Virus record (IMG/VR): IMGVR_UViG_3300019935_000001
Location: 36,145-100,144 of that record
Length of the DNA: 64,000 nucleotides
Strand: one strand, 5' to 3'
DNA from: a virus
Lineage: Duplodnaviria > Heunggongvirae > Uroviricota > Caudoviricetes
The notes under the pieces are model-generated. The model was not told where the DNA came from. It ran no database searches and was given only the letters and a program-made list of their open reading frames with translations. Below, piece after piece: positions 46,854 to 55,345 of the stretch; position 1 is the first letter of the stretch; the number at the start of each line of letters is the position of its first letter. The translations under genes and the position numbers were made by a program.

Positions 46854-47174
46854 ATGACCACCTTGAGAATCCCGGTTGAAGCTGCCCGGAAGTTGCTGAT
46901 GCACTGTGAAAAGATCGGATCGGATCAGCTCGCATTTCATGCGTCAGCAACAGACGGGGCATTCTTCAGCACGGAGCACGATAGTAACCCGCTGTATCAT
47001 GTGCCGGGCTACGAACCCGGCAGCAAGCATTGGCAGCAAGAGATAGAGGCAACGTTCGGTATCGAGCCTGTTTCTATCAATGTGCCACTGCAGCTGCTGC
47101 AGCGCCAGCTCGACAACCATGACACCGGCGTGTTCTCTGTGAGGATAGATCGGGAGAACTCAATCATCACCTAA
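46854..47174 (+). CDS. Hypothetical protein
   Basis: 106 aa. Leader GACACACAAGGAGACAAATT before ATGACC. Confidence 0.45.
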   Translation: MTTLRIPVEAARKLLMHCEKIGSDQLAFHASATDGAFFSTEHDSNPLYHVPGYEPGSKHWQQEIEATFGIEPVSINVPLQLLQRQLDNHDTGVFSVRIDRENSIIT

Positions 47175-47429
47175 CCTATAAGCAGCGCGATCTGCACCGG
47201 TTGTAAATGACCTGATTTTGTAGACCGCGCTGCAACCGAGCACTAACCCGGATACACCCGAAACCGGTACCAGGCTATCACTCCCGTATAACCCCCATAC
47301 AACCAAATTTAACCTGATCACCGAGAGATCCTCCCCCGCTGTCCATTCAAGGAAAACTCTGACCCCCAGATCAATCAGACACCACATGATTTTTCACGCT
47401 ACCAATTAAACCAAAATGCCTACCGACAC

Positions 47430-47760
47430 GAGCATTACCCCTCTATAGGGAACCTTCATGCCCGCTATGGGAATTTACGTGGTCAAATGAGCCAAATTGT
47501 TTACCAGCACCATCAACACCAATTCCGCTCAAACCCTCATAAACGCTGACACTCCGGCCATTTCTCTCACCACCAACCATACATAGAGCACCATAGAGCC
47601 CCTATAGACACATACCATAGAGAAACACACGCCTATAGAGGCAACTATACCCATAGGGACACATACACACGCTCGCACAGGACATACGAACATAGAGGCT
47701 CACGCTCGTATAGAGGAGACATAGACCGGTATGGAGACACGCAGGGTACATGTAAGAAAA
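47430..47760. repeat. Degenerate tandem array (about 12 copies) of C-ATAGAG / C-TATAGG motifs interspersed with ACACAC, in a 1.1-kb non-coding island
   Basis: ctctatagggaa, gctatgggaa, catagagca, ccatagagcc, cctatagaca, ccatagagaaacacac, cctatagaggc, cccatagggacacatacacac, catagaggc, gtatagaggagac, atagacc, tatggagacac. The units resemble the conserved leader ACACACATAGAGAC. Confidence 0.6.
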
Positions 47761-48068
47761 AGCGTTGGAGCCGGATCGCCAGCTTGCCTCTGTCAACCTT
47801 CAAAATATTTTGCTTATGGATAAGCCAGAGGTTCTTGAGTGGTTGACCATGGCCTGCATGCTGACAGGGTGTCCTGTTTACAGAAGGTTCCCCAGCAGAG
47901 CCAGTGTTTGAATCAAGGCTCATGGCTGCCATGTCGGTATCTGTGAGGTTATCCATGGCCAGACCAATCACCGGCGGCTTCCCTACAGGATATGACCCAT
48001 AGAGAGGATCAGGTGACCTGTGTATGGCTGGCAGCCCCTTATCGGTTATGTCCATAGTATTTTGCTCA

Positions 48069-48086
48069 TATAAGTCAGAGCGCTGG
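48069..48086. promoter_or_regulatory. Palindromic-family promoter/operator half element (ATATAAGTCAGAGCGCTG)
   Basis: TAAGTCAG half-site, 200 nt upstream of the 48286 gene. More ATAGAG/ATAGTA units lie nearby. Confidence 0.35.
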
Positions 48087-48285
48087 GTAGGTTTACCAGA
48101 GGCTTGCCCATGGTTGACCTGCTCCAATTGAGCCTATGGGTCACATCCGGATCAGCTTCAGGACGCCATGATTTCGACTGGGGTAGCTGAGCAAAGCCTG
48201 ACGATGCCATGAGCCATCGCTTAGTAGACCAGCAACTCATCTGTACTATTACTGCATTAGTTAAGCACGGACAAGGACCGTAAGT

Positions 48286-48576
48286 ATGAAACAAGAAGCG
48301 ATGATTGAACTGATGACTGTGGCTGTGGCGCAAGAGCTGATGGAAGCTGCAGAGGGATTACTGGTGGAGTATGCAGAGGGTAAGGACGTTCTGCACTCTA
48401 GCCCGCGCAGTAAGATCCGTCGCCTATCGCGTGCATCCATGTTTGTAGATGCACTGCCGGGTATGGATGGGGCTGCAGTCGGACACATGATCAATGAGCT
48501 GGACGATCTGGGAGTGATCGACCGCATGGAGGGCTGTTCAAAGGAACGTGTCGCTGAAGGACTCGTGCTTAGCTAA
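48286..48576 (+). CDS. Hypothetical protein
   Basis: 96 aa. Confidence 0.4.
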   Translation: MKQEAMIELMTVAVAQELMEAAEGLLVEYAEGKDVLHSSPRSKIRRLSRASMFVDALPGMDGAAVGHMINELDDLGVIDRMEGCSKERVAEGLVLS

Positions 48577-48925
48577 ACCAAATTCTCAGTGTGTGTGAAT
48601 ACTTTTGCCCGGCCATGTGTCGGGCTTTTTAGTTTCACTGCATCATTGTTCTTATAGGCTCCTGCTGCTTTCGTGAACCTCGCGAGCCTGCATCAACGCT
48701 GACTTCTGCACTGGAGACGTCATCCTCTGGTGTATGAACTACACCTAATACTCGAAATACTTCCTTGCCTAATGCAACCCCCTCTTGTGGCAGAGGGACA
48801 CGGGTCAACTCAACTAGCTGGCCGGAGTTATCTGGGAATGCGAGACGTATCTTTACCATCAGTGTAATGCCTGTTTCAGAGTGACATAATGCGAACAGTG
48901 TAACGTGACATGAGAGGAGTAGTAC

Positions 48926-49213
48926 ATGAGTCACAGCAATCATCCGCTGTACCCAAAGATGAAGGGCCTTGTTTATCACCGTCTTGAAGCCATTACGGCC
49001 AAGACAACACCTGACTGTATAGCAGCGGGGCACAAGGACATCTGGGACTGGGTAATGAAGGACACCGACAGCATCGCCTTCGCCATGCTGATTCGGGAGA
49101 TCCCTGGCATTCTGTCTGAGAAGCAGAGCCAGATCCTCCTGGACGGGCTGGCAGAGGAATACGCCGGGGTAGAGAACTGGGTGGCGTTCGTTGACCAGGA
49201 GTGTCAGGACTAA
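48926..49213 (+). CDS. Hypothetical protein
   Basis: 95 aa. RBS GAGAGGAG. Confidence 0.4.
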   Translation: MSHSNHPLYPKMKGLVYHRLEAITAKTTPDCIAAGHKDIWDWVMKDTDSIAFAMLIREIPGILSEKQSQILLDGLAEEYAGVENWVAFVDQECQD

Positions 49214-49220
49214 CCAGGGA

Positions 49221-49240
49221 GCCGCAGGGATGCGGTTTTG
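49221..49240 (+). terminator. Rho-independent terminator
   Basis: CCGCA-GGGA-TGCGG hairpin followed by TTTTG. Confidence 0.55.
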
Positions 49241-49502
49241 CCTTCAAATCGGGTAGGTTTACCTTGGCAACACCTCCCAAGACCCTCGCTTCACTGCAGG
49301 CAAAGACAGTCTTCCTAAACGTGGCTACGTGCACGTATGAGGTCGTCACAGGATTACCTGCATCATTTGCTGTCTGACAGATCAAGTCCCGTCATATGGC
49401 CCCCTATGTGGCTTCTGAGAGGTCTTCCAGCCGCCAGATCTGATTCGCTATAGCAGTGTTGATAAAATGTAAGCTCAAACTTACAAACACATAGAAACTG
49501 CT

Positions 49503-49745
49503 ATGAACATGACCAGCATCGACCCTCGCTCTGAGGTGGCAAGATCAACCACGAATCTGGTGGCCCGGATTGACCTGTTGGATCAGGTCAGCTTCGATAC
49601 CGACGATTTCGAGACATCCAAGCTCCTGTCAGAGGGCGATAGTCCTGACCACCTGCTGTACGACCATTTCCCCTATCTGTATCGAAGCCAGGGCCATTTG
49701 GAAGATCCGGAGCGTATAGGGCGCTTGGTGAGTGTGGTCACTTGA
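49503..49745 (+). CDS. Hypothetical protein
   Basis: 80 aa. Preceded by a palindromic-family element (49467-49487) and leader ACAAACACATAGAAAC. Confidence 0.4.
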   Translation: MNMTSIDPRSEVARSTTNLVARIDLLDQVSFDTDDFETSKLLSEGDSPDHLLYDHFPYLYRSQGHLEDPERIGRLVSVVT

Positions 49746-50200
49746 TGGAGCAGGGTGCAGGGATGCACCTGGTAAGGCCAGACAGGGTAGGTGAACCAGA
49801 GGAGTGAGGCAGGTCAACCTTCGGCAATTAGGGCAGCCACAGGTTCGCCAGGATTTGCCATGGCAACATTTTTTTTATAAGGCTCGCCAAACCAGGAATG
49901 GTTCGAGGTCTAAAACGGGAAAGGTGCGAAACAGAGGTGCACCTGCGGGCGTCCCGTGATCGGGCGCGGGCGTGCGGGGGCATCGCGTGTCTGCATCGGG
50001 GCGTGTGATCCGTACCCGTCTGCGATCAGGCGTGCGGCGCGTTTGTGTGTGGGGTCGGTGTCTGCTGTATCGTTTCGTGTTCTCCGTGTTGCCGTTGACT
50101 TAGGAGCTATTCTACAGCATTCGGTTTTCAGCGCAACACTTTTTTAATAAAAATTTGTTGCGCCGCTTTTTAGCAACAGGGGCTTGGCCCCCTTGCCCTT
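49746..50200. other. GC-rich structured non-coding island (twin GGTGCA/TGCACC hairpins, TTGCCATGGCAA palindrome, GGGCGTG-type direct repeats, GCGCAACAC...GTGTTGCGC hairpin)
   Basis: No convincing ORF. Hairpins at 49757-49776 and 49922-49944 share the same stem. About four units of (G/C)ATCGGGCGTG lie between 49950 and 50040. An 8-bp-stem hairpin with a 17-nt AT loop lies at 50133-50164. Candidate ncRNA, second origin or regulatory array. Confidence 0.4.
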
Positions 50201-50328
50201 TAGAGAACGTTCCAGTCAAATGCGAACGTTTCGTAATTATGTACCTCTTCGCTGATGCGGTGCCAGTAAACGAAGTGATCCCAGAGCGTCGCTACCTGCG
50301 CCTCTCGCATCCCGGTTGCTTCCGCAAT

Positions 50329-50490
50329 CTACTCTGTCGTTTCCAGCGGCCCCCAGATCAGTGCCCGGTGCGCTGCTTTAATTCGCTCCTCTTTGATCCC
50401 GGTGCGCTCCGCGATCATAACCGCGTAACGATCAACAACTGTATCTGAAGCGTAAAGGAAGTGGCGAACGCCTTTTTTCAGAGTGGTCAT
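50329..50490 (-). CDS. Small protein (53 aa), possible HTH regulator
   Basis: Not in the ORF track. Minus-strand ATG preceded by a perfect conserved leader (ACACAACACACATATAGAGACAGAAT-ATGACC). Translation MTTLKKGVRHFLYASDTVVDRYAVMIAERTGIKEERIKAAHRALIWGPLETTE. Confidence 0.4.
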   Translation of the reverse strand: MTTLKKGVRHFLYASDTVVDRYAVMIAERTGIKEERIKAAHRALIWGPLETTE

Positions 50491-50730
50491 ATTCTGTCTC
50501 TATATGTGTGTTGTGTCCGGGCACCGTGCCCCGACTGCATGTGCATATTAATAAGCTCTGACTTACTTTGCAACTCTTTTTAGATAAATAAAAAACAAAA
50601 AAATATTAAAAAAGTGTTGCGTTAAAAAATGGATTCGGTACTATACATCACATCGGCGACACGGGGAGCACATAGCCCGGCCCGATGTCAAACGTGACCA
50701 AAAAACTGAATCAGACAGAGAGTAGAAATT

Positions 50731-51354
50731 ATGACTACTAAAGCAGCAGCTCCAAAACAGACTATCGCTCAGAAACTGGAAGCACTGAATACGGCACTGG
50801 AACGCGAAATGCAGTTGCAGAAAGCACGACAGGAAACAGCAGCAGAGAAGCTGGAAAGCGTTCAAGACCCGGAAAGCGTGAAGGAACAAAGCTCAATTAT
50901 CAGCAACGCTAATCAGCGCATTAAGCGAGTGAGCAAAGTTCAAAAAGGCAGCGATGAATTTAAAAAGACTCTGCTGAAGCACTTCCAGAATATTACAGAC
51001 CTGGTTGCACCCTCTGACATCTACGCATGGGATACCGCTTTGCTGTACATCAAAGCCGCCGAAAACAAAGCAGACATTAAAGATTGCCTGTGTGACTTTT
51101 TTGTTCCATTCAAGCGTAGCCTGACTATCACCGGATCAGAGATTAAAGACCATCTGGCACGCCCTAGCAGCAGCGTTAAGGGATCTGCAAGCCGATGGAC
51201 CAGTGCACCGGCTTGGGCACTGGAAAAGCTCGGAGCGGCTACCATAGAGCGTAACACGCGAGGCACTGTAGCGGCGGTGACTCTGAACCCACGTAGCAAG
51301 CTGATTAAAGCGCTTGTGGAGGGCGCATACATCGGCAATCTGGCCGAAGCGTAA
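50731..51354 (+). CDS. Hypothetical protein
   Basis: 207 aa. Divergent from the small minus-strand gene. The shared AT-rich region carries a palindromic-family element (50547-50569) and a GTGTTGCG motif. Confidence 0.5.
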   Translation: MTTKAAAPKQTIAQKLEALNTALEREMQLQKARQETAAEKLESVQDPESVKEQSSIISNANQRIKRVSKVQKGSDEFKKTLLKHFQNITDLVAPSDIYAWDTALLYIKAAENKADIKDCLCDFFVPFKRSLTITGSEIKDHLARPSSSVKGSASRWTSAPAWALEKLGAATIERNTRGTVAAVTLNPRSKLIKALVEGAYIGNLAEA

Positions 51355-51439
51355 CACCGGACAAACAGCGCTCTTTCGGGGGCGCTTCTCTGATTACAGT
51401 TCAAGCCCCGGATCATCTGTCAATAGTTTAGATTTTGAA

Positions 51440-51790
51440 CAATATTTGTGACCCTGATGGCGCCATTATGCCAGGGGTTTGGGGGACACCCTTATACTAA
51501 GGATTCGACCTGTGGGGACAGTGAAACGTTGGGAGCCTGCACCAGGTAAGGCTTTGGGGATCTGGGACAGTTGGGTCGTTGGGAGGTTTGGATTGTGAGA
51601 GGTTGGGGGACGCTGGAAGAAGGAAATCCAACAGGAACATTGGAAATCCCCCTTCCTTATATATGCCGTCTTACACTTTGCCCCGTGGGAGCAGCCCCTG
51701 GAGCCCAAGCGGGACTCGGCTTCGCCTCGCCGCTGGCATATTGGGAGCCTGAAGGTCTTCGCTGGAATCGACCACTCGATCTTTGAACAG
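51440..51790. repeat. G-rich repeat island (TTGGGGA / TTGGGAG / GGGGACA units about 10 times; GGAAATCC twice) with no convincing ORF
   Basis: ggggtttgggggacaccc, tgtggggacag, gttgggagc, ctttggggatctgggacagttgggtcgttgggaggtttggattg, ggttgggggacgc, ggaaatccaacaggaacattggaaatccccc. Confidence 0.45.
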
Positions 51791-51830
51791 TGAGGCCGCG
51801 ATCTGCTGAATCTGAGCCGTGCTCAGGCTG

Positions 51831-52076
51831 TCAATCGCCAGCTTTGGCATTGTTCTTTCTTCCCTGGACAATCAGGCCACCGAGCCCCAGTACCGCTGTT
51901 GCTCCCCACAGCAACTTGATGTGAAACCACGCATCCTTGACCTCGCCGAGTGTGAAGGGCTGGGGTGTGCCGTATAGCTCTGCACTGATGAACTCTTTGA
52001 CTGTGGGGTATTCCGCCATCATGAAGCCCGCGACTGTGGCCGTGAGGGATGCACCGACGTACAACAAAACGTGCAT
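51831..52076 (-). CDS. Small membrane protein (two TM helices)
   Basis: 81 aa. Upstream on the minus strand: palindromic element ATATAAGTCAGAACTGACTTATAG (52097-52120), then leader CAACAGGAGACGGTAAAAC before the ATG. Confidence 0.45.
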   Translation of the reverse strand: MHVLLYVGASLTATVAGFMMAEYPTVKEFISAELYGTPQPFTLGEVKDAWFHIKLLWGATAVLGLGGLIVQGRKNNAKAGD

Positions 52077-52168
52077 GTTTTACCGTCTCCTGTTGAATAT
52101 AAGTCAGAACTGACTTATAGTAGGCTTGTTCCGTTCGGAACGTTCAAAACTGTACTACTCTGTCTGTA

Positions 52169-52197
52169 GCCACCTGAATAAGGTGGCCCATTTTTTC
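52169..52197 (+). terminator. Rho-independent terminator
   Basis: GCCACCT-GAATA-AGGTGGC hairpin followed by CCATTTTTTC. Confidence 0.65.
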
Positions 52198-52235
52198 TGC
52201 TTTTGTGCCGTCTCAGTTGCCTGAGAAAGGCGTGA

Positions 52236-52829
52236 TCAGGGCGACTCGCCTTTCTCACCAATCAAAGGGTGCACATGTCGATAGTATGATGACCTGCTGA
52301 TCTCAAATTCACTGCACACATTGGCAATGGACTCGTCCGGGTTAGCAGAAACATACGCCGCAATTGCGCGACGTCGCTCCTTTGATAGAACTTTGGGGCG
52401 CCCACCCACGCGTCCCCTTGCTCTCGCAGATTCCAGACCAGCTTTGGTTCTTTCCTTCAATCGACTCACTTCAAGCTCTGCGAGCGCAGCGAACATATGG
52501 AAGATGAACTGGCCTGTTGGTGTGGTGGTATCGAACTTTTCCGTGGTCGATACAAAGTGAAGCTCTCTTCGTTTAAGCTCCATGGTTGTAGACACAAGAT
52601 CAATGAGCGAACGCCCCAACCGATCCAGTTTCCAAACGACGATGGCGTCCCCGGGTCTTGCAAACTCCAGCATTTCATCAAAGACCTGTCGTGACCAGGT
52701 AGAGCTGGTGCCCGTCACCTTCTCTACGAATACTTTCTCAACGCCTTCTCGCTCGAAGGCATCCAGCTGCAAAAGCAACTTCTGGTCGTCAGAAGATACC
52801 CTTCCGTACCCGAGCTTCACACGCCGCAC
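52236..52829 (-). CDS. Small serine recombinase (resolvase / DNA invertase family)
   Basis: 197 aa. Catalytic-Ser motif YGRVSSDDQ. Resolvase-type N-terminal catalytic domain with a short C-terminal HTH. Confidence 0.85.
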   Translation of the reverse strand: MRRVKLGYGRVSSDDQKLLLQLDAFEREGVEKVFVEKVTGTSSTWSRQVFDEMLEFARPGDAIVVWKLDRLGRSLIDLVSTTMELKRRELHFVSTTEKFDTTTPTGQFIFHMFAALAELEVSRLKERTKAGLESARARGRVGGRPKVLSKERRRAIAAYVSANPDESIANVCSEFEISRSSYYRHVHPLIGEKGESP

Positions 52830-53362
52830 CTTTTGAAGATCATCATTTGGGCCAGTTCTTCATTGGTGTATCGGCTCAGTAGCAGGTCCGTTGCGGCCGT
52901 TGTTGTTTGGGCAGTGCCTGTCTCTATCATTTTGAGGCTCAAATCGTGAAATAAAATGGTTGTCTCGGGATGCCAGGTAAAGGATCGCAGAGCTTTGGTG
53001 ATGCCGCTCCTCATCTCGATCAATGCAAAAGACATTACCAGGCGTTCACCCGGTTCTGGCTCTTCGATGCTTCTATCGCTGTCTGGTATCCGCTTCGGGT
53101 CGAATGGGCAACAGAACCATACCGAGCGTCCCTTTCTGTCCCGAAACTGAAACATGATGATCATAGCGCCGCCCCGAATCAACAGTCCGATGTCTACCGG
53201 GCTTTCGCGAAATGTACGAATCTCTGCTGGTGTCAGATCAGGAAGTCCTGCAACAAACAGGTTGTTTCCGTGATCCAGGAGGTGCAGCTGGGAGAACTCT
53301 GGCAATGGCGGGATGATGCCGGGCCACTTCTTACCCAGCTCTATCTTGGTGTAGTCGTCCAT
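52817..53362 (-). CDS. Hypothetical protein co-transcribed upstream of the serine recombinase
   Basis: 181 aa. Overlaps the recombinase start by 13 nt. Leader ACAGACAGAGACAGAGAAAACACC before the ATG. Confidence 0.5.
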   Translation of the reverse strand: MDDYTKIELGKKWPGIIPPLPEFSQLHLLDHGNNLFVAGLPDLTPAEIRTFRESPVDIGLLIRGGAMIIMFQFRDRKGRSVWFCCPFDPKRIPDSDRSIEEPEPGERLVMSFALIEMRSGITKALRSFTWHPETTILFHDLSLKMIETGTAQTTTAATDLLLSRYTNEELAQMMIFKRCGV

Positions 53363-53592
53363 GGTGTTTTCTCTGTCTCTGTCTGTACTACAGCCTGATT
53401 AGTCTCAGGCTTGACTGTGCACTGTCTCAAAAACGGTAACAGCACCACTCAATTGAAACATAGTTTTTGAGACGGGAAAAGAAACAGGTTTCAGCTACCT
53501 ATCCATGTATTTCGACTGCCTACTTAATTTGTTTCAAAAACGATCGTTTTTGAGACACGCTTGGCGGCAAATTCATACAGGGAGCGGAAGGG
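53363..53592. promoter_or_regulatory. Divergent control region with three copies of an inverted motif TGTCTCAAAAAC / GTTTTTGAGAC
   Basis: Copies at about 53417-53430 and 53461-53474, with a composite TGTTTCAAAAACGATCGTTTTTGAGACACG at 53531-53560. Sits between the recombinase operon and the DGQHR operon. Candidate operators or res-like recombinase sites. Confidence 0.5.
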
Positions 53593-55095
53593 ATGTTGTA
53601 CCGGATTATTGTCGCCAAGGGTGCTAACTATGGCCGGGTGCTGGGAGCCCACGTTTCAGATTCCGCTGCAGGTCGTGCCCTGGGCAAAAACAAGCAGGAG
53701 TTTGGAACAGGCTCGGTACTACTAATCGAAACAGACGAGCGACTGGTGCAGGGTGTGTGTTACCCGGATGTTGCCGATCAGGGTATTGCCGATCATCACC
53801 ATAAGTCAGGTATGCGCCTGATGGAACTGGTCATTAAAAACCGGGCCACCGGTGAAGTGCCGGATTGGGTGATTGCCAGCATCATAGATGAAGGCTGGAC
53901 GATGGATTCGCTGAGCCAAGAGTTTGGGCCGCTGGTTCACCAGAAAATGGAGCAGGAGCGCCGCGAGCACCAGAAGCGGGCAGAGCGCTCTGCAATGATT
54001 CACGCAGGTCGCCTCTGGATGAAGAAAGAGATCGATGACCACGTTATCGAGCTGCCAGCCATTACAGGAACCCAAGCTCGCCGCCAATTCTTCACCGTTC
54101 AGATGACTCTGCAGCAGGTTGACCGGCTTTTGACTGCAGATCACAACGATCTGGCCCCTGAAGATCGCAGCCAGCGCAAACTGAACCCGGCACGGGGCAA
54201 AAAGCTGGGCGGGTACATTGTTGGGAACCACGACAGCTACGTTCTGCCGGCCATCACCGTCTGTATCGATCCGGATATGACCTTTGACCCGATTGAAGGG
54301 TTCGGCGGGGCAGTTGGCACCCTGAAAATACCGGTAACGTCTCTGGTCTATATCATTGACGGCCAGCACCGGCGTGAAGGTATCCGGTGGGCCTTGTCCG
54401 CTCAGTCGCTCCGCTGGCAGATGCAGAAGGAGACGATTGCGGTCACCATTTACTACGATGAAGGGCCTGAACGGCGTCAGCAGATGTTCTGTGACATCAA
54501 CTATCCAGCTGTCCGGGTGTCATCCTCTTTGAACATGCTCTACGACCGCCGAAACTCACTGAACCACTGGATTCTCGATATTTTGGCTAAAAATCAGTCA
54601 ATTTGGGGTCGAATTGAGCTGGATAGCGCGAGCGTAGGTGCCCAAAGTTCCAAATTGTGGGCCGTAGTCGCCATGAAGAAGGCTCTCCTCACGGTTTTGG
54701 GGTTGTCAGAAGTGCAATTTTTCACCAAAACCGATGAAAATCGGGCCGAAATGGAAAAGGTGGTCGATAGGTTCTTCGACACTCTGGCAGAATATCTGCC
54801 GCGCTGGGGCATGGTGATAGACCCGGATTGCTCCGCTCCGGACATCAGGAGCGACTATATTGTTGGCCACGCTGTTTTCCTGCAGGCGCTAGCTATCGTT
54901 GCCCGCAAAGCCCAGGAAGAAGAGGGCGGCTGGCAGAAGCTGTCCGGGCTGGCCAAGCTCGACGTAGCGCGAGATTCAGAAGTGTGGGAAGGTAAATGTG
55001 TCGTCAATGGAAGGATGAACCGGTCGGCAGCCGGGGCCAACGCCACTGCGGCAGAAATTTGTAGCCAGATTGGCATAGAAATGGACTGGAGTTGA
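53593..55095 (+). CDS. DGQHR-domain protein (DndB/DpdB-like ParB-Srx fold) with about 150-aa N-terminal extension
   Basis: 500 aa. Signature VYIIDGQHRREGIRWAL followed by FCDINYPAVRVSSSLNMLYD, matching the DGQHR family blocks (iDGQHR ... F.d.N.....s.sl..l.d). Confidence 0.7.
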   Translation: MLYRIIVAKGANYGRVLGAHVSDSAAGRALGKNKQEFGTGSVLLIETDERLVQGVCYPDVADQGIADHHHKSGMRLMELVIKNRATGEVPDWVIASIIDEGWTMDSLSQEFGPLVHQKMEQERREHQKRAERSAMIHAGRLWMKKEIDDHVIELPAITGTQARRQFFTVQMTLQQVDRLLTADHNDLAPEDRSQRKLNPARGKKLGGYIVGNHDSYVLPAITVCIDPDMTFDPIEGFGGAVGTLKIPVTSLVYIIDGQHRREGIRWALSAQSLRWQMQKETIAVTIYYDEGPERRQQMFCDINYPAVRVSSSLNMLYDRRNSLNHWILDILAKNQSIWGRIELDSASVGAQSSKLWAVVAMKKALLTVLGLSEVQFFTKTDENRAEMEKVVDRFFDTLAEYLPRWGMVIDPDCSAPDIRSDYIVGHAVFLQALAIVARKAQEEEGGWQKLSGLAKLDVARDSEVWEGKCVVNGRMNRSAAGANATAAEICSQIGIEMDWS

Positions 55096-55098
55096 GAT

Positions 55099-55344
55099 AT
55101 GGACACAATAGGCCGAATGGTGTCGCAGTGGGCGACTGAAGATAAGGAACAGATCAATGCGCTGGTTGAGCAGCATGGGGATCTGGTAGTGGAAGTCACC
55201 GGTGCCGACGATGGTTGTGTTTATGCCACCGCGGGCACCTATCGTCTGTCTCTGAACCCGGAGGCTGTCAACGAAGAGGTAGACAACAAGTCTATTAGCG
55301 ACATTCGCCACCTGATCCTGAAAGTGTACCCAACGGTCGATTAG
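55099..55344 (+). CDS. Hypothetical small protein, middle gene of the DGQHR-ATPase module
   Basis: 81 aa. 3-nt spacing to both neighbours. Confidence 0.4.
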   Translation: MDTIGRMVSQWATEDKEQINALVEQHGDLVVEVTGADDGCVYATAGTYRLSLNPEAVNEEVDNKSISDIRHLILKVYPTVD

Positions 55345-55345
55345 A

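Noticed and set aside
1409-47760. CRISPR array interpretation of the repeated elements (parS array, iterons, ATAGAG array)
   Set aside because: The repeats are either perfect palindromes with irregular 45-190-bp spacing, 7-10-bp iterons inside a gene, or degenerate 6-8-bp motifs. None has the 25-40-bp direct repeats with similar-length unique spacers of a CRISPR locus, and no cas genes are present.
47645-48127. ORF 47645..48127 (-) 160 aa and 47602..47796 (-)
   Set aside because: They cover the ATAGAG repeat array. Cys/Tyr-rich repeat-derived peptides with no RBS. Treated as non-coding.
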